A DNA stretch of 64,000 nt from Octopus vulgaris (GCA_951406725.2 OX597828.1:64480001-64544000), one strand, 5' to 3'; counted from the first letter of the stretch, positions 12,515-26,102 are shown. The notes: a model not told the origin generated them from the sequence alone. Made by a program: numbers and translations.

Positions 12515-14081
12515 AGTAAAGGAGGTAGCAAAGGAGGTATGTTCAGAGGCTGGAAGAAAGGAAAGGTTGGTATATATTGATGAGTTTATGTTTGGGTGTT
12601 TATAAAGAACATAAGTCAGAAGAGGCGGAGAAGGAATAAAAACAAAAAGAATAACAAATCGACTTAAATGTTTTTAGACCAGTAAATATAGAATGGTCAA
12701 ACATCTGACCAGTAAATATAAAGGATAAACGAAACAACATCGCGTTCTTTTGCTAATTTTGAGAAATGATGATCACTTTCCACCAAAATTCTATATTTTC
12801 GAATATGTTTTTGACACAAAGATGTATATTAGGAAGGAGATTTCTAAACATTAAAAAAAATCCAAGCCTTTTTAAAACACATTCTCAAAAGTTTAGACGA
12901 ATTAAAAGAAAGTAAAAGGAGAATATATTTAGTTTTAGCGTAAAATAGAATTCCGTAGTTGGTACTTGTTTCGACGACGACACTTTGAGATGAACTCTTG
13001 ACAAGAATTCAATCTATTGACTGGTGAATTTGTTAGAAGTGATTATGTGCGTTATTTAGTAGCACCAAAATATGGTAAAGAAAATTCAGCTGGTGACCAC
13101 CTAAACCTCTTAGTCTCCATACATGCTACGTAGTGAGATGGTACTTCTTACTTCTAAATGCCTAAAAGAACAATTATTTGTATATAACTACTTAAATGTA
13201 TATTATTTTAATCCACTTCACTGCTTCCAGCCAATTTCCCTTTTGGCACCATGTCATTAAGTGGATATGCATTCACGTTGCAGTGAATTCTGCTGAAAGC
13301 TGAGAAGTTGGTAAGATATTTATTACAACTGTAGCTTGAAAAAATTTAAAGAATCTTTTTTGAAATATTATGCTACCTGTAATTATGTTACCTGTGATTA
13401 TTTGGAAAATACTTCTGCCCGCTGCTTAGAAAGGTTCGTGTTATTTTCTATAAAGTGGTGGTTATACTAATTAATATTACATTTACATGGTGTTTTAGGG
13501 ATATGCACCATGTTGCGATATTGAATATACTGTATTTCCTCGCGACACCCATTCTTTCCTATTGAAAAATAGTTTCTGCTTCAGATAAAAGTTCAGTGAA
13601 TCAACGACTAAAATTACTGACAACATTCTTAAAGATTATTGGCTATATCTTCTGACTGGAATGTGTTTGACGAAAACTGCGCAAAAGTTGTGCACAAATA
13701 CAGAGGTGCATATATGAATATATATATATATGTGTGTGTGCGTGCGTGTGTGTGTGTGTGTGTGTGTTTTATGAGTTAGGGGTTAATAAACCTATTAATA
13801 AACCATTTAAGCGATATTAAATATCCAATATACTACTGGATGTGTACCTACGTATTTTAACCAAGTGCTTACTATTGCATGGCAATATTGCAATTGAATA
13901 CTAGGTATTCGTGGGGGTAAATTGGAAATTTACCCAGGATTTATAAGGCAAATAAGAAAAAGAAAAAATCGCCAAACATCAGCCAGTAGATATTCCATTA
14001 TATCTATTTATTAAATGATAACAACCATGTGTTTTAAGTGGTACAAGTAAACGAATGAGATCAGCCAATAAATACGTAAAC

Positions 14082-14136
<55 letters not shown>

Positions 14137-14169
14137 AATGAATAATAACAGATGAATGTACAGTTACAA

Positions 14170-14236
14170 ATCACTTACGGCCGTTTCTACCATGAGGCCT
14201 CAGAATTTTCCAAGTCATCCTTATCACGTCAGTGAT
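14170..14236 (-). ncRNA. Broken hammerhead motif
   Basis: Minus strand atcact...GAAAC-ggcc-GTA-agtgat with a 6-bp helix I. The CUGANGA box is disrupted (gacgTGATAA). Confidence 0.4.
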
Positions 14237-14430
14237 ATACAGAGATGAACAAACATTGGATAGAGATTGGGTAATGGTTGAGCCTCAAGGCTTCTTCAGA
14301 GAGCACAAATGTTAGGAAACTAGCAGGTGGGAAATTCAGTTAGAATAATAGAGTAGGGTAAATAAGATAAGATAGAGTAAAATAGATAAAAATTTTTAAA
14401 TAATGTAATAGACATGGTTTTATTTGCCTT

Positions 14431-15878
<1,448 letters not shown>

Positions 15879-15939
15879 TTAGGGTTATGACATTTTGATT
15901 TTTGGGAAGTAAGCAATTTCCTGTCTTAAATATACACAC

Positions 15940-15971
<32 letters not shown>

Positions 15972-15973
<2 letters not shown>

Positions 15974-16564
15974 CTAATGTAGGATAAAATTTTTTCGAAA
16001 AAATTTTTTACAAATGCCCAGCATATTAAAAAATGCCTTTAAAGGTTATTTTCGGCATATTTGGCATTAGAATTTTTCTTTTGCCCTTATTTTATAAGTT
16101 ATTTATAAATTTAACATTTAAAGGTATTTTTTAATATGCTGGCCTTTGATAAAAATTTTTTTCGAAAAATTTTTTATCGTACATTAGATGTAAATTTAAT
16201 AGTGTTCACTTCCGGACTCTCTCACTCTGTGAAAGTTTCTAGTTTGAATCACACGTGTCTCGAGATGTGCTGAAGATTTTCAATTTTGGATATATTGGGG
16301 GTACTTAGGTCTGCTCAGGACTTAGTGCTTGCTTTTTCCATGGGTGTGAGTAAGTATTTCATTTATGTCTTACGTATTTATCGCTGAGGAGGAGAAAATT
16401 CTTATGAATTAACTCTGAAATTGCAACCAATACAGCAAAAACGGAACTTTTTAGAAATTTCTATCGGCTTGTTTCGAGACGCATAAATTATAATGGTTAT
16501 TAACAATTTGTCTATTTTCGGCATATTTGGCATTAGAATTTTTATTTTGCCCTTATTTTATAAG

Positions 16565-16568
<4 letters not shown>
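15972..16568 (+). mobile_element. Penelope-like insertion: inverted 5' segment plus partial tandem repeat, with degenerate hammerhead
   Basis: Inverted arms 15972-16048/16112-16189. A 55-bp direct repeat at 16047-16102/16513-16568 (period 466). Motif tatcg-CTGAGGA-ggag..ctct-GAAA-ttgcaa-c-caata at 16379-16432. (TA)n on both sides. Confidence 0.7.
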
Positions 16569-16619
<51 letters not shown>

Positions 16620-16783
16620 TACACCCGGATATATCTCCGTAAACAATAACTCGCACCTCGAGTGGGCCATGTCTTCCGATTCCTGATTTGAATGACTTTG
16701 TCTGGTGGTGGTATTAAGTTAGATATGGCCTGGGCCAATATTGGCCAAAACCTATTAAAGTATGCATAAAAATATACATGCAT

Positions 16784-16882
<99 letters not shown>

Positions 16883-17260
16883 CATATACATACATATACA
16901 TACATATAAAGCGAGAGAGAATTTAATGATAAATAGATATGTATATATGTGTATGCATGTGTGTATACGTATAAACACATTTATGTATGTATATAAATAT
17001 CTTTCTCTCTCTCTTTTTTCCCTCTCCTCTCTCTCTTTATATATATATGTGTGTGTATGTGTGTGTATACAGAGAAGGAGAAGAGAGGGGAAGGAATATG
17101 CATTGAATGTATGTAAGTATATTACCAAGTAATAATTTAATTTATTCATAGCGACCATTTTATACTGTGTTTTTTTTTTTAACATTCATGTATAATACTC
17201 CGAACTATGTTCTTCGATCTTTCACTGTGTTAACACCCGTGTACTCGCTGCTTTATGACA

Positions 17261-17332
17261 TCCGCTGATGACGGTTGGGTGTAAACATATGCTTCATCGC
17301 TATTTTGTCAGAAACAAAGACCTTTGTCCAAC
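17261..17332 (+). ncRNA. Hammerhead motif, helix I decayed
   Basis: CTGATGA (17265-17271) ... GAAA-CAAAG-ac-CTTTG-TC (17311-17328). Confidence 0.5.
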
Positions 17333-17565
17333 AAATCCGAATATATAAAATATGAATGTCTATTATATATATTTTAATGGATATATAACAATCCATTTTG
17401 CTCGTGTCAACCACTTTATATTATATTTATGTACGTGTATGTATATATATATATATATATGTATGTATACATAGACATATAAATGTATGTATAATGTATG
17501 TATATATGTATGTATGTGTATATATGTATATATATATGAATGTATGCATATATATATATACATAC

Positions 17566-17596
<31 letters not shown>

Positions 17597-17918
17597 CATG
17601 CGTGCATACGTGTGTACGTGTATATATATTGTTATAACAATTGGAGCTAATACAGAATACAAAATATGTCCTATGTAAAGGCACCGGTTAGCGGACGTGC
17701 GCCATTGTACGGACACTGTACTAAACAGCATTCATCTCACACTACACGATCATAAAAAGTGAATAACACTTTTTATTATTATTATGATATCGATTACAAT
17801 GTTATAAATCATTAATATATCGATTACATCCCACCTAGCATTGTGTCAATGCGTGAAATCCTCATCATCATTATTATTACTTTATTATTACAACTTTCTT
17901 CTTCTTCTTCTTCTTCTT

Positions 17919-18002
<84 letters not shown>

Positions 18003-18006
<4 letters not shown>

Positions 18007-18870
18007 GGGCGACGAGCAGGTAGAATCGTTAATACGCCGGACAAACTGCTTAGAGTAATTTTGTCCCTCCAAATACTGGCGAGGCCGACTTCGCCTTTTC
18101 GTCATTTGGGGTTCGATAAAATAAATACCAGCTAGGCACCGGGGTCGATGAAATCGTATAACACCCTCCCCCAAATTTTCAGGTCTTCTGCCAATGGTAG
18201 AAATTATTATCAGGCAGCGAACTGGCAGAATCGTTAGCACGCCGGATGAAATGCTTAGCGGTATTTCACCTGTCGCTAGGTTCTGAGTTCAAATCCCCGC
18301 AGAGGTCGACTTTGCCTTTCATCCAGGTCGATGAAATAAGTACCAGTTACGCATTCAGATAGATGCAATCGACTTACACCTTCCCCCAAAATTTTCAAGG
18401 CCTTGTGCCTAGAGTAGAAATGATAATTATTCTTATTGGTTCAATAGTCAGATTACCGTAAAATGTGGTATTTCTTCTGGCCGTTAACGTTTCTGAGTTC
18501 AAATCTCACTGAGGCCAACTATGCTTTTTTTGCCCCAAACTCGATAAAATCAAGTACCAGTCAAGTACTGAGGTCATTGGTACCGCTACCCCGCCTCAAA
18601 ATTCCTTGCTTTGAGTCTAAATCATAAACGAAAAGCGGTGAACTGGCAGAATTTTTGGCGTCAGAAAAACCATTTTGTAGAATTTGTTCCGGATTTTTAT
18701 GTTCCAAGCTCGTATTTCGCTACGTTCTGAGTTCAATTTCCACCGAGGTCGGCTTTGCCCTTCATCCTTTCGGGGTCGATAAATTAAGTACCAGTTACGC
18801 ACTGAGTTCTATGCAATTGACTTGCCTCCTCCCCCACAATTTCAGATCTTCAGCCTGTCATATAGAAACG
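18003..18870 (+). mobile_element. Head-to-tail array of about four SINE family B copies
   Basis: Units at about 18003, 18212, 18455 and 18635. Each has the conserved gaggtcgactttgcc..tcgataaaataagtaccag-type block. The array follows (CTT)n(ATT)n. Confidence 0.85.
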
Positions 18871-19689
18871 ATTATCACTAATATTACAGAACAAGACCAT
18901 TACTATACTCAGCAGAAGGCGCCGAGACAAAGGACACGAAATTGATAAGAAAACCAACTCGTTATATTTGTCAAAGTAAAACACACCTCTGAGCTGATTT
19001 CCTACAAGAACTGAGAAGATTAAACAAAAAAACAACAACAAAAAACAAAAATACGAAGTAAACGAAAACAGTGAGGAGCACAACTCCAAGTAAAAGTACT
19101 GCAAAGGTAGTTTTCAAAGTACCCCAAGACAAAACTGGGGGTGGGGTGGGCTTTAGAAAATGGAATATTTTCAAACTCGTAAGGGTCTATATCAGACAGG
19201 TCTATATCGCAAACGCCTCTCCCCTAAGATTATCAAACTGTAGTACCAGACTATTACCTACTTTCCTTATGCCTTTGCATAAGGAAAGCAGAAAAATCTC
19301 TAAAATCCCAGCGCAAAAATACAAAAACAGTTGAGGAGGAACAATTTATTTTAAACGGCAATGATACTTGTCTTGAAGAAAAACAACAGCGATAAAAGCT
19401 CTTCTCAAGAAAAAGAAAAACGAAAAAATGCTGAGGACGAAGTGGTTCTAAGATTCCCTGTTTCTCAACGATCAAACATTTAAGACGCAAAATGACGGAT
19501 CCGGGATGCTGCAGATTCACAGTTTTAAAAAAACTGAAAAAATTAGATTTAGAATATAAACCATTTGCAAAGAACAGACACACTGAGTAAATTAAAAGGA
19601 AAACATTATGTTGAGCATAAAGCATAAATAATTACATGATGTTGGTGTGGTTTAGCATAGAATGACTGAAAAACGTAATTGGTGCATTC

Positions 19690-20010
19690 GTTTGTACTCA
19701 AACGCAGTTTCAGATATAAGTAGACTGAGTCGCGGAATACTCAACTCAACTTCACCAAAATAACCAGAAACCCTTCATGCTTTATTTTCTTGAGGTTTCT
19801 TGGCGTTTGGTCACATTGTTTAAGAGTTGCATTTGGTATTGTCGTCAAATCCCCAATTATCACTGGTACAAAAATTTCCTCTGGTTTGAGACTTCTATTT
19901 TAAGGTCCTCATTTACGTCACTTTTCAAGTGTTACAGACTAATGGGATTGACACATATTTGAGCAGACATGTTTGTCAACGGGATTTTTTTTACAATATC
20001 TACTCTAGCG
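19690..20010 (-). mobile_element. Dong/R4-type (restriction-like endonuclease) LINE remnant
   Basis: Minus strand reads EDLKIEVS...VPVIIGDLTTIP, matching the KYxDLxxEv...VPVIIGALGTIP motif of RLE retrotransposons. Confidence 0.55.
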
Positions 20011-21119
20011 AGAAGGCATCGTTTGTTTTTGCTTCTGCCTTCGAGACAGAATTTATTCAAACACTCAAGTATTGCAAGATGAAATTTTATTCAGAATAAT
20101 TGTTAAAAACAAAACAGAAAAGAACTGCAACTTCCTAAAGCCCCACAATTCCCAGAGTTGTAAATTTTATTTACTCACTTCACATATTCACTCCCGAAGT
20201 GATTACTAAGCATAAATATACTACAAGAATAAATACTACACTGGTGGCAAAGCAAAACAAAACGCAAAACCAAAACGTGCAAATGAATGCCCAAAAAGAT
20301 TAGATAAGAATTAATGGAAGGAAATGCCCAAAATATTCAAAATGAATATTTGGAGGACAGCGACAGTAGCACCAGTAGCCAAAGCGACTTTTACACGACT
20401 TACCTGCGTTATAAACGTTCCACTGATACAGAAGTTGCGTTGAGGCAATAAAAACGTAACAGAAATAATTCATGGATTAATCGATGTTCCAATACAAAAA
20501 AGTAGGCGAAAGAACTTTGTAAAACGGAACAGCATGTTTTTACCACAGAAGCTAATCCAGAAGAGAGTAAAGAGAAAAGTTATGTCTCTGCTTAGTACGA
20601 GAGACACTCCAGGACATAGCGGGATAAGTTCTCTCAGTTAGGCAAAAGCTAAAATATTATCCGTTGTATATTCAAAATTGAACACAGGTTGAAATTATAA
20701 GACAAGCCTCTGCTTATATATTTGTGTGCCCGTACGTGGTTCATACAAACACAAGAGTGGGAATAGAAGACATGAAGGACAACGTAGATTCATGGCGAAT
20801 AGAGATTATGTGTCACAGTATAGGGAAATGGTAACAGTAGAGCAAACGGAAGGTGACTTGTTGTCAGGGAGGTAGGAGGTGTCAAGATAGATTTGCAAAT
20901 GGTTTTAACTCCAAAAGACCAAAAGATCACGATGCAATACAAGAACTGTGCCTAATAAAAGGTGGTAAGACAAACGGTGTGCGATTTATGGTAGAGAGCA
21001 CAAGACCCAATTGCAACGGAGTCGAATGCCTGGAAGAACTGGAAAAGTTAAGCAACAGAAACAAAAAAAGTAAACGAAGATAATGAAAATTAACAGCAAC
21101 AACAGAAAGAACAACAAAT

Positions 21120-21300
21120 CCTAGTTTTCACTGCACCACGTTCCCAGGTGTTTGGGCCCAGGTCTTGTGTCCTGGTTGTATGCAGTGTCTTACTTGGTTT
21201 TGTTGAGGTTACTCTATTTAAAGTCATCTACGTAATACGTGAGCAGTGCCTAGTGCTATTATTCTCTACATGGTATGCATGGTTTGACAGTCTTGTAGCT
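21120..21300 (-). mobile_element. Dong/R4-type LINE 3' end
   Basis: Minus strand atagcactaggcactgctcacgtattacgtaga encodes IALGTAHVLRR, the typical ORF terminus. Confidence 0.55.
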
Positions 21301-21325
21301 TGCATTATCATTCTCAAAGCATATG

Positions 21326-21358
<33 letters not shown>

Positions 21359-21360
<2 letters not shown>

Positions 21361-21906
21361 GAGTGAGAGAGCAGTGCATGCCATCAAAGTGACACTGGGG
21401 TAAAATATACGAAGCCCAATATACCCATCATGACTACCCGTATGATAAGGGTACACCAGGCACATGCATCACAACCATATGTGCGCGACATGGTGATCTC
21501 ATATCAAGATAAACAGCACATGACCTTGCAGGTGGGGCCCAGTTAGAATTTTCTTCAGGTTGAGTAGCTCATCCCGCTCAAAAGGTCCCTGAATAAGGGT
21601 TGTTTAAGGATGTTGAAAGAACCACCCATGTTTCCAGAGGTGAATTATTCAAACCCCAAAGAATCCCTTTCAACACATGGCTATGATGCTCCCCCACTAC
21701 TTCTGCTCGTGATCAGAGATGCACATATTGTCAGCCAATAAGGGAGATGCTCAACTGGTTAAGGTCAAGCAACTGACAAGCAAATCTGTGGTATTGAGCA
21801 GAATATTTACTGTAGCCCATCTTTTATACCAAGACAAAACAATGTACATGATAACACTTCCAATCAGTTAAGATCAGAAGCCATGAGAGCCACTGCCTGG
21901 TACTGC
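21359..21906 (-). mobile_element. About 550 bp non-coding retro-insertion inside a (TAA)n tract
   Basis: Complex sequence sharply bounded by (ATT)n on both sides. Strand inferred from an (AAT)n tail. Confidence 0.55.
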
Positions 21907-22653
21907 TATTATTATTATTATCATTATTATTGGGATTGATACTCTTTCAGCTTTACATTCGCGTTATCTCTATTTCCAGGTCTCTATATACATTATCCTC
22001 TGTTGAGACTGATATGTCGATTAAGATGAATTTCTGTACCTGGTGTCCTTGACAAGAATACTTGATTGATTAGGATTCATCTTCGGCCTCTGTGCGCATT
22101 GGTATGCCTCAGACCATTGCTATTCTCGAAGCCCTTTTCTTGTACAATCTCTTTTTCTGTTGATATTTCATATTGCTAGCATAACTTTCAGTGGATGTAA
22201 ATCTCAACTCTATCATTTCTGTAGATGTGTTCTTTCTTGGATAAGACTGAGAAACTAGAGCCAAAATGATATCTTTCTCCCCTCCATGTATTCATGTTCC
22301 GCTCCATTATAATCATTTGGCGATTTCTGGTGGGGAGACGTTCATCCTGTGCTACAATCCAGAACTCTTCAGTCCTTGTTTTGACTTACACAATTCTCAG
22401 GCAGTATTGAGATTTTTCTGTATTTCTGTTCTGTCCAACTTTTACTAAGGGGGATAGGTTGTTCTCACTTCAATGGCCATTCTACGGATACTCACCTATT
22501 AGGATAATTGTGATGCTGCTTGTCCATTCCACTTGAACTACGGTTCACACGCACACAATCGATTTGAATCAAACTTATTGTCACTAAAGTTTCTCAATTT
22601 ATTCTAAGTGACCTGACTATGTTCCTATAAATTGGTCAACTCCAAGGGGTTGA

Positions 22654-22697
<44 letters not shown>

Positions 22698-22799
22698 CTC
22701 ATACATGCCTCACGCTAAGAGGACATCAGTCATTTCTACCAAAAATTTTACTAATCATACCTAATGCAATTTTTCAAAGCAAGACATTTAAAAATGAAT

Positions 22800-22852
22800 T
22801 TATATCATGTGATTTCGCACTTACCGCAGTTGCGACCTTGCTCATCAGCAAG
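22800..22852 (-). ncRNA. Hammerhead motif
   Basis: Minus strand cttg-CTGATGA-gca...tgc-GAAA-TCA-ca-TGA-TA-taa, about 100 bp from a (TC)n(TA)n tract. Confidence 0.55.
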
Positions 22853-23791
22853 ACTGATTCTGAACATTGGAGTTGATTACTTTATAGGAACATGGTCAGG
22901 TCGCTTAGAATAAACATAGATATACGCAGGTATATAACGCAAATATTATGCTTAGTACTTGATAAGAAGTTGGATACAGATGGAGTTCTTACTAGTGATT
23001 AACTGCTATACCTTCCTCATTCGAAATGGCATCTTGTTTTTTTTTCAATAAATACGTACCCAGCAATTGAACACACATCCATCAGCTATACAACCACAGT
23101 TTAACGCTTGACATTTAATCAATGCTTGCATCCTGTACCCCATTGTAACTTTGGACAATTAAGTAATAGAAATTAGAAGCTTTAAACCTAATTCTTTTTT
23201 ATGGTCGTGGGCATAATGTTTCTTTCTTAATTAAAGCTGTCCATATGGCGTCCAGCTCTATTGCCAGGCCCACCATCATTAAAAATGCTTGATTTAATAC
23301 ACTTAATTACTATTAACTAATTGTCCTGCTAAACAATTGGTCGGTGGATATTAACATTGATTAAGTGTCAAATATATTAAAGTACATTAGTTTACGTAGA
23401 GGGCGTTGGTTCATTCCCCGGGTCTTAGGTCTGTCACGACACTTCAGCCTCATCGAGTTGAACTTTTTACGGTTTCTACGGTATATGCGACCTAGGATAC
23501 AGTATCCCTGCCTCAAAGTGACGTCATCGGGTTACAGAATTAACCAGCAGCTATTGTTGGTACCCGTTTCCGCTGAGTGGACTGGAGTTGACTGAACCGA
23601 TAGCCGAAGCTACAAGTTCCATTCACTTTGAGATTTTCAATAAATATGACTCTACTCTCAGTTTTGAGTCAACCCATCAGAAAATCTCCCGTTCTTATTC
23701 TTAAACTATCTTTGATATAATGACCGTAAATTAACAGACACACACAAATCCGCACGTACGCAAAAACACAAATATATCCATATATAGTGCT

Positions 23792-24131
23792 ATATTTAAG
23801 AGATATGGAATTATGTACATTATTTACATTATCTACATTCGACGGAAATTTGTCCTCATCTTGGTTGTTGTTAACACAACGTTTCGGCTAATATACCCCC
23901 CAGCCTTCATCAGGTGTCTTGGGGAAATTTCTAACCTGGGTTCCTCTTCCTAAGGTATTTTTCGATGTTATTATTACTATTATTATTCAGGTCACTGCCT
24001 GGAATCGAATTCGGAATCTTGGGGTTAGTAGCTTGTTGATAGCTGGAGGGTATATCAGCCGAAACGTGTTAACAACAAACGATGACAAATATCTGTCAAA
24101 TGTAAATAATGTAAATAATGTAAATAATGTA
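23792..24131 (-). mobile_element. tRNA-headed, hammerhead-bearing element with inverted duplication
   Basis: Minus strand: tRNA 3'-half-like gctactaaccccaagattccgaattcgattccaggcagtgacc (23988-24032), then an (AAT)n linker, the HHR and the tail. 24042-24131 is an inverted copy of 23813-23904. Confidence 0.75.
23873..23918 (-). ncRNA. Minimal type I hammerhead ribozyme, intact core
   Basis: gacac-CTGATGA-a-ggct..agcc-GAAAC-GTT-gtgtt; 5-bp helix I, at least 4-bp helix II, palindromic AACGTT at helix III. Confidence 0.8.
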
Positions 24132-24150
24132 TATCCATATATGCATACAG

Positions 24151-24217
<67 letters not shown>

Positions 24218-24235
24218 CATGTATATACATAGGTA

Positions 24236-24266
<31 letters not shown>

Positions 24267-24869
24267 GCAGTCTGAATGAAACGGAACGAGGCAGCGATAT
24301 CACAAGTAATATAATTACTGGGAGCAAAATCTATACGCATGGATTGCACAAAGGTTTCTGAATGAAAGTGTAACAACGTTATTGAGTAGGAAAGGCACTT
24401 GAAGACGGCTGGAAGCTACACCGACCAAAAGGTTGTGACTATAACAACCAAGAGAAGCACAAGAATCAGTATACATCGCTGTATAAAAAATTCAGATACA
24501 AAAGTATATTATCCTCTTGTACTATCATTAATTAATTAATTAATTAATATATCCCGCTGGTTTTAATTAACCAATGATCTTTCTCAACGTTCAGTATTCT
24601 TATCCTCAGTTTACTTTTAACATGTTCTATAGTGAAAGTAGTACTTAGCCAGTGCCCACGAGGGGGCGCTATATGTCATGATTGAGTTATTAGAGGGAGT
24701 AGGTGTTTAGATATAATGTATTTAAGCCAGGTGCAATATTTATATGTTAAACATATTTTCAAAAATTCTTCGTCGGGTACTAAAATATAGAAGTGACATT
24801 GCATTATGAGTGTGAGGAAACTTGAATGATCATGTGACAAGGTTTTAAATGATTTTATTGTAGAAATCC

Positions 24870-25030
24870 TCTCGTTCTGAGCTCAAACTCCACCGAAATT
24901 GACTTTGCTTCCCATGCTTTCGGGGCCGATAAAATAAATACCAGTTGAGTATTGGGATCGATGTAACCGTCTATACCCCCCCACCACCGCCATCCTCTAA
25001 AATTTCCGGTTTTGTACTTACAGCAGAAAG
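24870..25030 (+). mobile_element. SINE family B, 5'-truncated
   Basis: cgttctgagctcaaactccaccgaaattgactttgcttcccatgctttcggggccgataaaataaataccagttg. Confidence 0.75.
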
Positions 25031-25123
25031 AATTAGTCAAGTGCTCGTCTTCTTTATTTATTTCCATAAATTTTAACACCGGGAACTCAAGTCCACTCAG
25101 ACATCATCTAAAAAGCGGAACAT

Positions 25124-25546
25124 GCGCAGGAGTGGCTGTGTGGTAAGTAGCTTGCTAACCAACCACATGGTTCCGGGTTCAGTCCCACTGCGTGGCATCT
25201 TGGGCAAGTGTCTTCTGCTATAGTCCCGGGCCGACCAATGCCTTGTGAGAGGATTTGGTAGACGGAAACTGAAAGAAGCCTGTCGTATATATGTATATAT
25301 ATATATGTATGTGTGTTTGTTTGTGTGTCTGTGTTTGTCCCCGTAGCATGGCTTGACAACCGATGCAGGTGTGTTTATGTCCCCGTTACTTAGCGGCTCG
25401 GCAAAAGAGACCGATAGAATAAGTACTGGGCTTACAAAAAGAATAAGTCCCGGGGTCGAGTTGCTCGATTAAAGGCGGTGCTCCAGCATGGCCGCAGTCA
25501 AATGACTGAAACAAGTAAAAGAGTAAAAGAGTAAAGAGTAAAGAGA
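25124..25546 (+). mobile_element. SINE family A, full length
   Basis: A/B boxes, CORE-like segment, internal microsatellite, ggcggtgctccagcatggccgcagtcaaatgactgaaac tail, (GAGTAAA)n. Confidence 0.9.
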
Positions 25547-26102
25547 GTGTGCTGGATGGAATGATAAACTAAAATTATTTTGCTAAATCACAATAATGTA
25601 TAATTTGTTTCTTTTGTTCGATATTTGTTTTCAAAACATATGCTGACTGGATTGTTTGTAAAACTCCTTCCAGTGAGAAATGCTATTGAACTACAAAATG
25701 CTGTGTTAAGTCTACTAATTATTGTCCTACAGTTCTACATACTTATCACTGTATAATTAACGCCATCTTAAATTTTCTGTTCTATTCCTGATCTCTAATG
25801 TTAACGCTGATTAACTAAATATATGATAAACATCTGTATGCGTAATACTAGGTTAATTAATGATATATCCCTATTCTTTATAGTGCTGTCACAGCTTTAA
25901 ATAATAGCGTGTTATTCTAGTTAACTGATAAAATATCAGTTCTAATGTCAGACTAAATACATGCAATCTATAACGTTACCCAACTTCGTTGGAAGTCGGC
26001 AAATTACGTTTAATCCAGTTATACACACGCGTGCGATCGCTCACACACACTATATATATATATATATATTTATTTGTGTGTGTGTGTGTGTGTGTGTGTG
26101 TA

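Noticed and set aside
11989-12580. Poly-Ser and poly-Glu ORFs
   Set aside because: Pure (GAA)n microsatellite without splice or domain context.
22334-22375. Hammerhead-like gga-CTGAAGA-gttctg..caggat-GAAC-GTC-tcc on the minus strand
   Set aside because: Lacks one A of GAAA, has only a 3-bp helix I and lies in apparently decayed LINE sequence; could be chance.
25124-25195. tRNA genes at SINE heads
   Set aside because: A/B boxes are present, but there is no complete cloverleaf and each continues into SINE body sequence.
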